From Mariprofundaceae bacterium (GTDB taxonomy: Bacteria > Pseudomonadota > Zetaproteobacteria > Mariprofundales > Mariprofundaceae), in the NCBI GenBank assembly GCA_030950985.1, contig JAUZQM010000041.1, positions 10,379 to 74,378 on the forward strand: a DNA stretch of 64,000 nucleotides. Reading direction: 5' to 3'. The notes under the pieces are model-generated. The model had not been told where the DNA came from. It ran no database searches and saw only the letters and a list, made by a program, of their open reading frames with translations. Positions 39,339 to 48,745 of the stretch are shown one piece after another. Both the position numbers and the translations under genes were made by a program. Each line of letters starts with the position of its first letter. The stretch's first letter is position 1.

Positions 39339-39881
39339 TTATTTCTTTCGGAACGGCATGTGAAATTCTTTCAACAATGCACGTCCTTCATCATTTGAAT
39401 TCGCTGAAGTACAAATAGTGATATCCATACCACGAATTTTATCTACTTTATCATAATCAATTTCAGGAAAAATAATCTGTTCTTTAAGACCTAATGTATA
39501 GTTGCCACGACCATCAAATGATTTCGGAGAAACACCCTGAAAATCACGAATACGTGGTAGCGTTACATTAATCAAACGATCCAAAAATTCCCACATTTGA
39601 GTGCCACGCAAAGTCACACGACAACCTACTGGCATGCCATCACGAAGCTTAAAGTTAGAAATTGATTTGCGTGCACGTGTCGTTACAGGTTTTTGACCTG
39701 TAATGGCAGCCATATCTGATAAAGCCCCTTCCATCAATTTTGCATTGGTTGCAGCTTCACCCACACCCATATTGACAACGATTTTTGATACAGTTGGAAC
39801 CTGCATTGGATTTTTATATCCAAATTGCTCTCTAAGAGCTGGCGCCACACGTGATTTATAGTCTTCTCTAAGACGAGCCAT
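39339..39881 (-). CDS. rplE: 50S ribosomal protein L5
   Basis: '[29 protein letters not shown]...VNMGVGEA'. Confidence 0.95.
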   Translation of the reverse strand: MARLREDYKSRVAPALREQFGYKNPMQVPTVSKIVVNMGVGEAATNAKLMEGALSDMAAITGQKPVTTRARKSISNFKLRDGMPVGCRVTLRGTQMWEFLDRLINVTLPRIRDFQGVSPKSFDGRGNYTLGLKEQIIFPEIDYDKVDKIRGMDITICTSANSNDEGRALLKEFHMPFRKK

Positions 39882-39892
39882 CAGCTATACTC

Positions 39893-40222
39893 CTACTGAT
39901 CCAAAACTTCGCCGCATTTGCGGCAGCTACGAACCTTCTGTCCATCTTCTAGACTCTTGATTCCCAAACGAACACCTGTTTTACAATTAGGACAGAAAAA
40001 CTGAACATTAGAAATTGAAATAGGTGCTTCCTTTTCAATAATTCCACCACTTGATTGTTGTGTTTGGCGGGTATGACGTTTAATCATATTTACTTTTGCA
40101 ACAACAATACTTGCTTCAGCAGGCTTTACACGTACTACTTTACCACGTGCGCCCTTATCACGCCCTGCAATCACCACAACTTCATCATCACGATGGATAC
40201 GAGCTTTTATTTTAGTCGACAT
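39893..40222 (-). CDS. rplX: 50S ribosomal protein L24 (with C-terminal CxxC...CxxC)
   Basis: 'IHRDDEVVVIAGRDKGARGKV' KOW motif. The C-terminus carries 'CPNC...CRKC'. Confidence 0.95.
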   Translation of the reverse strand: MSTKIKARIHRDDEVVVIAGRDKGARGKVVRVKPAEASIVVAKVNMIKRHTRQTQQSSGGIIEKEAPISISNVQFFCPNCKTGVRLGIKSLEDGQKVRSCRKCGEVLDQ

Positions 40223-40240
40223 ATCTTCCTCGCCCCCTAA

Positions 40241-40609
40241 CTACAATACTTCTGGAGCTAGGGAAATAATCTTCATATAACCCTTATTGCGCAATTCACG
40301 AGTCACAGGACCAAATATGCGTGTTCCCATCGGTTCGCCTTGCTTAGATAATAAAACTGCCGCATTCTCATCGAAACGAATAGAACTACCATCTTGACGA
40401 CGAAACTCTTTAGCAGTACGTACAACAACTGCTTGCTGAACTTCGCCTTTTTTCACTTTTCCGCCAGGTGCGGCTTCTTGTACTGCAACGACAATTACAT
40501 CACCCACACGGGCATAACGACGTTTTGATCCGCCAAGCACTTTGATACACTTAATACGGCGTGCGCCTGAATTATCGGCAACATTTAATACTGTTTCAGT
40601 TTGAATCAT
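40241..40609 (-). CDS. rplN: 50S ribosomal protein L14
   Basis: '[28 protein letters not shown]'. Confidence 0.95.
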   Translation of the reverse strand: MIQTETVLNVADNSGARRIKCIKVLGGSKRRYARVGDVIVVAVQEAAPGGKVKKGEVQQAVVVRTAKEFRRQDGSSIRFDENAAVLLSKQGEPMGTRIFGPVTRELRNKGYMKIISLAPEVL

Positions 40610-40621
40610 GAATAACCCCGC

Positions 40622-40888
40622 TTACAGCTGTTCAGTGCGACGTAAAACTTCTTCCATCATCCAGCATTTACGCTTAGAAATAGGGCGAGTCTCAACAATA
40701 CGAACAGTATCACCTATATTACAGGTGTTTTCTGAATCATGCGCCATGTATTTTTTATGCGAGCGCATAGTCTTACGATAACGAGGATGTAAAAAAGTGC
40801 GTTCAACTTGAACTACAACAGTTTTATCTCCTTTATTACTGACTACCACACCTTGCAAGGTACGCTTATTACTTTTTACTTCCGACAT
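40622..40888 (-). CDS. rpsQ: 30S ribosomal protein S17
   Basis: '[20 protein letters not shown]...HPRYRK...HD'. Confidence 0.95.
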   Translation of the reverse strand: MSEVKSNKRTLQGVVVSNKGDKTVVVQVERTFLHPRYRKTMRSHKKYMAHDSENTCNIGDTVRIVETRPISKRKCWMMEEVLRRTEQL

Positions 40889-40903
40889 ATCTATCCGTTC
40901 CCC

Positions 40904-41086
40904 TTAACGCGAAGCCAAAACAGTCTTGATGCGTGCAATATCTCGACGTACCTGACGAATACGAGCTGAATTTGTCAACTGCATAGTTGCTTTTTGAAAA
41001 CGCAACTTCATATGTTCCGCTGCCAAGTCTTCCATACGACTCTTTAAATCAGAGTCATTCATTTCACGAAGCTCAACACTACTCAT
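40904..41086 (-). CDS. rpmC: 50S ribosomal protein L29
   Basis: 60 aa. '[17 protein letters not shown]...[10 protein letters not shown]...[14 protein letters not shown]'. Confidence 0.9.
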   Translation of the reverse strand: MSSVELREMNDSDLKSRMEDLAAEHMKLRFQKATMQLTNSARIRQVRRDIARIKTVLASR

Positions 41087-41505
41087 CGTCCTACTCCACG
41101 CTTAACAATCTTGGTACGAATGGGAAGCTTCGATGCAGCGCGCTCAAAAGCTTCGCGTGCAACTGTTTCATCAACACCATTCATTTCATACAAAATACGG
41201 CCAGCACGCACGGCAGCTACCCAATACTCTGGAGAACCTTTACCTTTACCCATACGAACTTCAGCAGGCTTGTTTGTCACAGGTAAATCTGGAAACATAC
41301 GAATCCAAACGCGACCTTGGCGACGAATATGACGGGTCATTGTGATACGGGCTGCTTCGATTTGACGTGCAGTAATACGTCCAGGTTCCATTGCTTTCAA
41401 GCCAATGTCACCAAAATTCAAAGATGAGCCGCGTGTCGCTTTTCCGCGAATACGCTGAAGTTCTTTATGATGCTTGCGCCAACGAATCTTTTTCGGTTGC
41501 AACAT
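41083..41505 (-). CDS. rplP: 50S ribosomal protein L16
   Basis: '[14 protein letters not shown]' and '[14 protein letters not shown]'. Confidence 0.95.
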   Translation of the reverse strand: MLQPKKIRWRKHHKELQRIRGKATRGSSLNFGDIGLKAMEPGRITARQIEAARITMTRHIRRQGRVWIRMFPDLPVTNKPAEVRMGKGKGSPEYWVAAVRAGRILYEMNGVDETVAREAFERAASKLPIRTKIVKRGVGR

Positions 41506-41520
41506 AACTCATAAACTCCG

Positions 41521-42168
41521 TTATACGTTCTTAGCTTCAGTATTACCCAGCTTTTCACCGTTAAATACCCAAACTTTCACGCCAATAATTCCATAAGTGG
41601 TTTTCGCTTCAGTAAAACCATAATCAATATCTGCACGCAATGTATGCAAAGGCACACGACCTTCACGATACCATTCCATACGCGCAATATCCGCTCCGCC
41701 CAAACGACCTGAGCAGTTAATACGAACGCCTTTTGCACCCATGCGCAATGCGCCTTGTACAGCACGCTTCATAGCACGACGGAAAGCAACGCGACGTTCA
41801 AGTTGCATAGCAATATTTTCTGCTACCAACTGAGCTTCCGCTTCAGCACGACGTACTTCCACGATATACACTTGAACTTCCTGCCCAAATTGAGCAAACA
41901 AGCTTCGGCGAAGAGCATCAATTTCAGATCCCTTCTTACCAATGACTACACCGGGGCGCGCAGTATGCAGCGTAACTTTTATTTTTCCAGCAGGACGTTC
42001 AATAAAAATACGTGATACATGAGCATGCTTTAAACGAGCCTTAATAAATTGACGAATACGAATATCTTCACGTAATTGTTCGCCAAAATTCTTATCTGCA
42101 TACCAAACTGATTCCCAACCACGTGTCACACCAACACGGAAACCAATCGGATTAACTTTTTGTCCCAT
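41521..42168 (-). CDS. rpsC: 30S ribosomal protein S3
   Basis: '[20 protein letters not shown]' and KH domain '[10 protein letters not shown]'. Confidence 0.95.
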   Translation of the reverse strand: MGQKVNPIGFRVGVTRGWESVWYADKNFGEQLREDIRIRQFIKARLKHAHVSRIFIERPAGKIKVTLHTARPGVVIGKKGSEIDALRRSLFAQFGQEVQVYIVEVRRAEAEAQLVAENIAMQLERRVAFRRAMKRAVQGALRMGAKGVRINCSGRLGGADIARMEWYREGRVPLHTLRADIDYGFTEAKTTYGIIGVKVWVFNGEKLGNTEAKNV

Positions 42169-42180
42169 CAGTAAACCCCT

Positions 42181-42522
42181 TTATCCGCGTTCTGCCACAG
42201 CCACAGTAATGTGACTACGACGATGAAAGCGTTTACGCATGCGGCCCATGCCTTTTGGACGAAAACGCTTCAATGTAGCGCCTTCATCAACCTTAGATGT
42301 TGAGACATAAAGTTCATCTACATCTAGACCATTATTCTGCTCTGCATTTGCAACAGCTGATTTTAAAATCTTTTCAAAAAGACGAGCAGACTTCTTAGGC
42401 GACAACATTAACACGCTCAATGCGCGGTCAACGTTCAAGCCTCGAATAGCATCTGCCATCAAACGTGCTTTTTGAGCACTGATTTGCGCATCTTTATGCA
42501 ATGCACGTACTTCTTCGCTCAT
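42181..42522 (-). CDS. rplV: 50S ribosomal protein L22
   Basis: 'ISAQKARLMADAIRG', 'AVANAEQN' and 'RFRPKGMGRMRKRFHRRSHITV'. Confidence 0.95.
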   Translation of the reverse strand: MSEEVRALHKDAQISAQKARLMADAIRGLNVDRALSVLMLSPKKSARLFEKILKSAVANAEQNNGLDVDELYVSTSKVDEGATLKRFRPKGMGRMRKRFHRRSHITVAVAERG

Positions 42523-42527
42523 CCTAT

Positions 42528-42806
42528 CTACCTCTTCCGAGCCTTTTTATCCGCACCATGACCATAAAAAGTACGGGTTGGCGAAAATTCACCAAGCTTA
42601 TGCCCAACCATATTTTCAGTAATAAACACAGGGATGAACTTATTCCCATTATGCACAGCAAAATTCAAGCCTACAAAATCAGGAGCAATTGTTGATCTAC
42701 GAGACCATGTTTTAATTACACTTTTCTTTTCGCTCGTATGGGCAGAATTTACTTTCTTCTGCAACGAGTCCTCAATGTATGGACCTTTCTTTAAGGAACG
42801 CGCCAT
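42528..42806 (-). CDS. rpsS: 30S ribosomal protein S19
   Basis: '[15 protein letters not shown]', '[24 protein letters not shown]' and 'RTFYGH'. Confidence 0.95.
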   Translation of the reverse strand: MARSLKKGPYIEDSLQKKVNSAHTSEKKSVIKTWSRRSTIAPDFVGLNFAVHNGNKFIPVFITENMVGHKLGEFSPTRTFYGHGADKKARKR

Positions 42807-42814
42807 GTCCTACC

Positions 42815-43645
42815 TCACTTCTGATTACGGCGACGAATAATATCACGACTCGAAGCCTTGTTCTTCTGACGAGTCTTATGACCCTTCGTTGGCACACCCC
42901 AAGGGGTTACAGGATGACGACCACCCGCTGTGCGACCTTCCCCACCACCGTGTGGATGATCCACAGGATTCATGGCAACACCACGAACATTAGGACGAAT
43001 GCCCAACCAACGAGAGCGACCTGCTTTACCAACTTTTTGGTTTGAATGATCCGAATTTCCAACAATACCAATACTCGCCATACAACGAATATCGACACGT
43101 CGAAACTCGCCTGATGGAAGCTTAAGAATTGCCTTACTTCCTTCTTTACCCATCAACTGAACAGCTGCGCCTGCACTACGACCAATCTGAGCACCTTTTG
43201 CAGGTTTCATTTCGATATTATGCAACATTGTACCTACACGGATAGCACTCAAAGGCAGCGCATTACCAGGACGGATTTCAGCATCCATACCTGACATAAC
43301 TACATCTCCAGGACGCAAGCCCTGTGGCGCTAAAATATAACGCTTATCACCATTTGAGAATACAACCAAAGCAATATTAGCTGTGCGGTTAGGATCATAC
43401 TCAATGCGCGACACCTTACCTTCTATCCCATGATTGTCACGCTTAAAATCAATCATACGATATAAACGCTTATGTCCACCACCACGATGATGGGAAGTCA
43501 CGCGTCCATTATGGTTGCGGCCACCGCTTTTCGTTAAACCTTTGGTCAAACCAGCCTCAGGTTTACCCTTATAAAGATCAGGATTCACAATGCCAATACG
43601 ACCACGATTACCATTACTTGTTGGTTTTAATGATTTCAATGCCAT
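42815..43645 (-). CDS. rplB: 50S ribosomal protein L2
   Basis: 276 aa. '[19 protein letters not shown]' and '[18 protein letters not shown]'. Confidence 0.95.
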   Translation of the reverse strand: MALKSLKPTSNGNRGRIGIVNPDLYKGKPEAGLTKGLTKSGGRNHNGRVTSHHRGGGHKRLYRMIDFKRDNHGIEGKVSRIEYDPNRTANIALVVFSNGDKRYILAPQGLRPGDVVMSGMDAEIRPGNALPLSAIRVGTMLHNIEMKPAKGAQIGRSAGAAVQLMGKEGSKAILKLPSGEFRRVDIRCMASIGIVGNSDHSNQKVGKAGRSRWLGIRPNVRGVAMNPVDHPHGGGEGRTAGGRHPVTPWGVPTKGHKTRQKNKASSRDIIRRRNQK

Positions 43646-43648
43646 GAC

Positions 43649-43948
43649 TTATGCCTCTTCTTCTGGATCAATGGATTGACCCTCAACCAAGCGCACAACT
43701 GCCTTACGATAACCTGGGCGGCGACCAACATGCGCACCACGACGTTTTTCTTTGCTTGGAACATTAATCACTTGAACTTTTTCTACATTTACTTCAAAAA
43801 TTGATTCTACTGCTGCTTTTACATCTTGTTTATTTGCATCACGAGCAATACGAAAAACATATTGATTCGATGCACTACGAGAAATATAGCTTTTTTCAGT
43901 AATAACAGGTTGGCGAAGTGTATTCATATGTTTATATGTTGCACTCAT
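43649..43948 (-). CDS. rplW: 50S ribosomal protein L23
   Basis: 99 aa. 'LRQPVITEKS', 'NQYVFRIARDANKQDVKAAVE' and 'KAVVRL'. Confidence 0.95.
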   Translation of the reverse strand: MSATYKHMNTLRQPVITEKSYISRSASNQYVFRIARDANKQDVKAAVESIFEVNVEKVQVINVPSKEKRRGAHVGRRPGYRKAVVRLVEGQSIDPEEEA

Positions 43949-44568
43949 ACCAGACCCCCTTCAATTTTATTCAACGCATCTTCAGTCAAAACAATGCGAT
44001 CAAATTTCAATAAATCATGCATTGTTATTTGTGCATCCAAGACAACTTTCATATGTGGAACATTACGAGAAGATAATTCAACTTCTTGATTTAAAGCGCC
44101 CAAAACATACAAACCAGAATTCACAGAAAGCGCTTCAGCTACCGCAACAAAGCCTTTTGTTTTTGATTCAGCTAATTCAAGCTTATTCAATACAATCACG
44201 CGACCTTCGCGCACAGCATTACTCAACACCATATGCAAAGCCTTACGACGTTCTTTACGATTCACTCGTGTTGTAAACGTTGTATTGGCATTAGGTCCAT
44301 GAGCTACACCACCATGACGCATTTGCGCCGCACGTGTTGTCCCTTGACGAGCACGCCCAGTACCTTTCTGTTTAAATGGTTTTTTACCACCACCTGATAC
44401 CATAGCCACAGTTTTAGATGCACTTGTGCCTGCACGCTGTGCACTTGCCAATGCCGTGTAAACACGGTGAACAAAGCCTGCGTTGACTTCAACATCAAAA
44501 ATATCTGCGCTCAATTCACGCGTTCCAACCACGTTGTTGGCCTGATCAACAATATTGATCTCTGCCAT
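43945..44568 (-). CDS. rplD: 50S ribosomal protein L4
   Basis: 207 aa. 'GGGKKPFKQKGTGRARQGTTRAAQMRHGGVAHGP'. Confidence 0.95.
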   Translation of the reverse strand: MAEINIVDQANNVVGTRELSADIFDVEVNAGFVHRVYTALASAQRAGTSASKTVAMVSGGGKKPFKQKGTGRARQGTTRAAQMRHGGVAHGPNANTTFTTRVNRKERRKALHMVLSNAVREGRVIVLNKLELAESKTKGFVAVAEALSVNSGLYVLGALNQEVELSSRNVPHMKVVLDAQITMHDLLKFDRIVLTEDALNKIEGGLV

Positions 44569-44569
44569 A

Positions 44570-45199
44570 TTAAGCTCCCTTTATCGCAGGACGAAGCTCA
44601 AGCAAACCATTTTTAGCACCAGGAACAGATCCCTTCACTAAAATACGATTAGCTTCTTCATCAATACGAACGATTTCTAGGTTTTGCACCGTTTTACGCA
44701 CATTACCGTAATGTCCTGGCATTTTTTTACCTGGAAATACACGACCTGGCCATTGACATTGACCTGTCGAACCCATTTGACGATGCACTTTTTCCGCACC
44801 ATGAGTCGCACGACCACCCGCAAAATCATAACGCTTCATCACACCAGCAAAGCCATGACCTTTTGAGGTACCAACCACGTCTATTTTTTGACCATTTTCA
44901 AACATAGATACTGTCAAATCTTGACCCAATTCATAAGTATCATCAGAAGAAATTCTAAATTCCTTCAAATTACCCATTACTTCTTGACCCTGCTTGGCAA
45001 AATGACCTTGCACTGCACGACTTTCAGATTTCTTAGCTAAGCCATAACCTACTTGAATAGCGTCATAACCATCTTTATCTGATGTACGACGTGCAATGAC
45101 TTTACATGTTTCAATATTCAATACTGTGACGGGAACAGACGAACCATTCTCATCAAAGATTTGTGTCATACCCGCTTTACGGGCAATCAATCCACTCAT
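44570..45199 (-). CDS. rplC: 50S ribosomal protein L3
   Basis: 'MSGLIARKAGMTQIFDENG', 'GTSKGHGFAGVMKR' and 'PGRVFPGKKMPGHYG'. Confidence 0.95.
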   Translation of the reverse strand: MSGLIARKAGMTQIFDENGSSVPVTVLNIETCKVIARRTSDKDGYDAIQVGYGLAKKSESRAVQGHFAKQGQEVMGNLKEFRISSDDTYELGQDLTVSMFENGQKIDVVGTSKGHGFAGVMKRYDFAGGRATHGAEKVHRQMGSTGQCQWPGRVFPGKKMPGHYGNVRKTVQNLEIVRIDEEANRILVKGSVPGAKNGLLELRPAIKGA

Positions 45200-45211
45200 G
45201 ATAACCTCCCG

Positions 45212-45520
45212 TTAAAGCTTGATTTCGACGTCAACACCAGATGGAAGATTCAATTTCATCAATGCATCTACCGTCTGTGGTGTTGGCTTGTCAATATCTA
45301 ACAAACGTTTATGTGTACGAATCTCAAACTGCTCACGTGATGATTTGTACTTATGTGGTGAACGAATCACACAAAATTTACGGATACGGGTCGGAATAGG
45401 AATCGGACCACGAACTTCCGCGCCAGTACGCTTTGCTGCTGCAACAATATCTTCGGCACTCTTGTCGAGGATACGATGATCAAAAGCCTTCAGGCGAATT
45501 CGAATACTTTGAGCTGCCAC
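45212..45520 (-). CDS. rpsJ: 30S ribosomal protein S10
   Basis: '[14 protein letters not shown]', 'GPIPIPTR', '[20 protein letters not shown]' and 'VDVEIKL'. Confidence 0.95.
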   Translation of the reverse strand: MAAQSIRIRLKAFDHRILDKSAEDIVAAAKRTGAEVRGPIPIPTRIRKFCVIRSPHKYKSSREQFEIRTHKRLLDIDKPTPQTVDALMKLNLPSGVDVEIKL

Positions 45521-45532
45521 TGATTGCTCTCC

Positions 45533-46723
45533 TTACTCGCTAATTTCGGTAACGACGCCAGCGCCGACCGTACGACCACCTTCACGAATGGCAAAACGTA
45601 ATTCTTTATCCATTGCGATCGGGGTAATCAATTCAACATCCATTGAGATGTTATCACCAGGCATCACCATTTCAGTGCCTTCTGGCAAGCTTACATTGCC
45701 CGTTACATCAGTCGTACGAAAGTAGAACTGAGGACGATAACCATTAAAAAACGGTGTATGACGACCACCTTCTTCTTTGGTCAAAACATAGGCTTCTGCT
45801 TTAAACTTTGTGTGAGGATGGATACTACCTGGCTTGGCTAATACTTGACCACGTTCAACATCTTCACGTTTCAAACCACGAATCAAGGCACCAATATTAT
45901 CGCCAGCTTCGCCACGATCCAATAATTTATGGAACATTTCAACGCCTGTACATGTTGTTACCTGTGTATCACGAACGCCTACGATTTCAACATCGTCAGC
46001 AACATTCAAAACACCTGATTCAACACGGCCTGTTACCACTGTACCACGACCAGAAATTGAGAAGACATCTTCAATCGGCATCAAGAAAGGTTTATCAATA
46101 TCACGAACTGGTGTTGGGATATATTCATCCACAGCCTTCATCAAGCGTAAAATGGAGGGTTGACCAATCTCAGACTCATCACCTTCAAGTGCTTTCAATG
46201 CAGAACCAATGATTACAGGGGTATCATCGCCTGGAAAATCATAAGTATCTAGCAGTTCACGCACTTCCATTTCAACCAATTCTAGCAATTCTTCATCATC
46301 AACCATGTCGGCTTTGTTCAAATACACAACCAAATAAGGAACATTTACCTGACGAGCAAGCAACACATGTTCACGTGTTTGAGGCATAGGACCATCAGCA
46401 GCCGAGACAACCAAAATACCGCCATCCATCTGTGCTGCGCCTGTAATCATGTTTTTCACATAATCCGCATGACCTGGGCAATCTACATGTGCATAATGAC
46501 GTGCTTCTGTTTCATATTCACCATGCGCCGTTGCAATCGTAATGCCACGTTCACGTTCTTCTGGAGCACCATCAATATCAGCATAATCTTTAAATTCAGC
46601 CCCACCCGTTAAGGATAAAACTTTAGTGATTGCAGCTGTCAACGTTGTTTTACCATGATCCACATGACCAATAGTACCAATGTTTACGTGCGGCTTATTG
46701 CGTTCGTACTTTTCCTTTGCCAT
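45533..46723 (-). CDS. tuf: Elongation factor Tu
   Basis: 396 aa. '[28 protein letters not shown]', 'DCPGHADY' and 'NKADMV'. The stop lies 12 nt upstream of the rpsJ start. Confidence 0.97.
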   Translation of the reverse strand: MAKEKYERNKPHVNIGTIGHVDHGKTTLTAAITKVLSLTGGAEFKDYADIDGAPEERERGITIATAHGEYETEARHYAHVDCPGHADYVKNMITGAAQMDGGILVVSAADGPMPQTREHVLLARQVNVPYLVVYLNKADMVDDEELLELVEMEVRELLDTYDFPGDDTPVIIGSALKALEGDESEIGQPSILRLMKAVDEYIPTPVRDIDKPFLMPIEDVFSISGRGTVVTGRVESGVLNVADDVEIVGVRDTQVTTCTGVEMFHKLLDRGEAGDNIGALIRGLKREDVERGQVLAKPGSIHPHTKFKAEAYVLTKEEGGRHTPFFNGYRPQFYFRTTDVTGNVSLPEGTEMVMPGDNISMDVELITPIAMDKELRFAIREGGRTVGAGVVTEISE

Positions 46724-46784
46724 TTCGCATCTCCATCAACATTTTTAACAAACAGTGCAAACCAATCATGCGTTTACACTAAAC

Positions 46785-46860
46785 TGGAGCCTAGAGCGGG
46801 AATTGAACCCGCGACCTCATCCTTACCAAGGATGTGCTCTACCCCTGAGCCATCTAGGCT
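46785..46860 (-). tRNA. tRNA-Thr (anticodon GGT)
   Basis: Reverse complement is AGCCTAGATGGCTCAGGGGTAGAGCAC-ATCCT-TGGTAAG-GATG...GGTTCAATTCC...GGCTCCA. Confidence 0.9.
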
Positions 46861-46888
46861 TAACAAGGGGAATCTCCACCTTGAAAAA

Positions 46889-46962
<74 letters not shown>

Positions 46963-46990
46963 AAATTAAGCGCGCAAGCACACTTTAAAA

Positions 46991-47075
46991 TGGTGGAGAG
47001 GGCTGGATTCGAACCAGCGTAGGCGGAGCCAGCAGATTTACAGTCTGCCCCATTTAGCCACTCTGGAACCTCTCC
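46991..47075 (-). tRNA. tRNA-Tyr (anticodon GTA)
   Basis: Reverse complement is GGAGAGGTTCCAGAGTGGCTAAATGG-GCAGA-CTGTAAA-TCTGC, then a long variable arm, GGTTCGAATCC and CTCTCCACCA. Confidence 0.9.
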
Positions 47076-47089
47076 CAAATCAATCGTTT

Positions 47090-47123
47090 GAAAAAACACA
47101 ACCCCCATGAGAACATAGGGGTT
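47090..47123 (-). terminator. Terminator-like hairpin plus T-run between tRNA-Thr(TGT) and tRNA-Tyr
   Basis: Minus strand reads AACCCC-T-ATG-TTCT-CAT-G-GGGGTT followed by GTGTTTTTTC. Confidence 0.4.
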
Positions 47124-47131
47124 GCGACATA

Positions 47132-47207
47132 TGGAGCCGACAACAGGAGTCGAACCCGTGGCCTGCTGATTACAAATCAGCTGCTCTACCAACTGAGCTA
47201 TGTCGGC
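47132..47207 (-). tRNA. tRNA-Thr (anticodon TGT)
   Basis: Reverse complement is GCCGACATAGCTCAGTTGGTAGAGCAG-CTGAT-TTGTAAT-CAGCA...GGTTCGACTCC...GTCGGCTCCA. Confidence 0.9.
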
Positions 47208-47230
47208 TTAAACAAAACGACTGGCGGCGC

Positions 47231-47258
47231 ACTTTAAGAAGAAAAAAAACAATATCAA
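47231..47258 (-). promoter_or_regulatory. Candidate sigma70 promoter of the tRNA-tuf operon with GC-rich discriminator
   Basis: Minus strand has TTGATA, a 16-nt spacer, TAAAGT, then GCGCCGCC (a stringent-type discriminator) about 20 nt upstream of the tRNA-Thr 5' end. An A/T-rich stretch lies upstream of the -35. Confidence 0.4.
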
Positions 47259-47297
47259 GCTTTTTTTATGTCCACAAAACACACCGCCATCAAAGCA

Positions 47298-48686
47298 TTA
47301 AAGTTTCAGCTTTTCGATACCTTCATGAATACGCGCCAAAGCTTCATCTTTACCTAATAAATCCAAAGTCACATCAATCGGTGGTGACACGGGTACGCCA
47401 GCAAGAAAAATCCGAATCGGCTGGGCTAATTTCCCCATGCCCACACCTTCAGCCTCACAAATATCAGCAATCCATTGATGTGCTGCTTCGCCAGACCAAG
47501 CTTCAAGTTCTGCCTTAGCCAAAAATGCATCCAATAGCACTTTGGTGCCTTCTTTGATATTTTTCTTCACTGCTTTTTCTTGATAACTCTGGGGTTTCTC
47601 ATAAAAGAAACGTGCGCCAGCCGCCAAATCCAGCAAGTTTTTTGAACGTTCTTGCAAACATTCAATCACACCAAGCAAAGGCGGTTGATGGGCTTGTATA
47701 TCAACTGCCAACAAACGTTCCACTTCACTCACTAAATCACTCGATTTTGATGCCTTCATCCAATGTGTATTCAACCAGTCCAACTTTGCCTGATCAAAAC
47801 GAGAGGCACTTTTACCCACAGCATTCAAATCAAACAGCTCAACCAATTGTTCTACTGAAAAAACTTCATCATCACCATGTGACCAACTCAAACGTGCCAA
47901 GTAGTTTGTCACAGCCGAAGGTAAATAACCTTGCTCACGGTATTCCGTAATCGCGACTGAACCATGTCGTTTCGACATTTTTGCGCCATCAGCCCCGTGA
48001 ATCAAAGGAATATGGGCAAATTTTGGTACTGGCAAGCCCAAGGCTTCGTAAAGCTGAATCTGACGCGGTGTATTATTCAAATGATCCGAACCACGAACCA
48101 CATGCGTAATCCCCATATCTGCATCATCAATGACCACTGCTAAATTATACGTTGGCGTGCCATCACTACGCATGATAATTAAATCATCCAATTCTTCATT
48201 GAGAAAACATACATCGCCCAAGACCATATCCCGCACCCAAGTCTCGCCCTCACGGGGGGATTTGAAACGAATGACAAAAGGCTCATCTTCAGGAGCATCC
48301 GTACGTTCTCGACAGCGACCATCATACATAGGCTTTTGCCCAGCTAACTTTTGCTTATCGCGCATCACATCCAATGCTTCACGCGAGCAATAACATTTAT
48401 ATGCCTTGCCTTCATCCAGCAGCTTATTGACTGCCGCGATATGCAACGCTTGACGTGCGCCTTGATAAACGGGCTCACCATCCCAATCCAATCCCAACCA
48501 TTTCATGCCATCTAAAATAACCTGCGTGGCTTCGTCCGTGGAACGTTCTTTATCCGTATCTTCAATACGCAACATAAATTCGCCGCCAAAGTGACGGGCA
48601 TACAGCCATGAAAATAAAGCGGTACGAGCGCCACCAATATGCAACATCCCCGTTGGCGACGGGGCAAAACGCGTTTTTACAGTCAT
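47298..48686 (-). CDS. gltX: Glutamate--tRNA ligase
   Basis: 462 aa. 'RFAPSPTGMLHIGGARTALF' (HIGH) and 'KMSKRHG' (KMSKS). A Cys cluster 'CYC...C' sits in the acceptor-binding region. Confidence 0.95.
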   Translation of the reverse strand: MTVKTRFAPSPTGMLHIGGARTALFSWLYARHFGGEFMLRIEDTDKERSTDEATQVILDGMKWLGLDWDGEPVYQGARQALHIAAVNKLLDEGKAYKCYCSREALDVMRDKQKLAGQKPMYDGRCRERTDAPEDEPFVIRFKSPREGETWVRDMVLGDVCFLNEELDDLIIMRSDGTPTYNLAVVIDDADMGITHVVRGSDHLNNTPRQIQLYEALGLPVPKFAHIPLIHGADGAKMSKRHGSVAITEYREQGYLPSAVTNYLARLSWSHGDDEVFSVEQLVELFDLNAVGKSASRFDQAKLDWLNTHWMKASKSSDLVSEVERLLAVDIQAHQPPLLGVIECLQERSKNLLDLAAGARFFYEKPQSYQEKAVKKNIKEGTKVLLDAFLAKAELEAWSGEAAHQWIADICEAEGVGMGKLAQPIRIFLAGVPVSPPIDVTLDLLGKDEALARIHEGIEKLKL

Positions 48687-48745
48687 TTTTTATCCTTTTT
48701 TACGTAGCTATAGTAGTTCAAACGATAGGAAGAAGGGCGGCAATT

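Noticed and set aside
31414-46612. Many plus-strand ORFs of 60-134 aa inside the ribosomal-protein/tuf block (e.g. 36832-37221, 45808-46212, 32378-32707).
   Set aside because: They are antisense shadow ORFs of highly expressed, strongly conserved minus-strand genes. They have low-complexity composition, no start context and no recognisable family.
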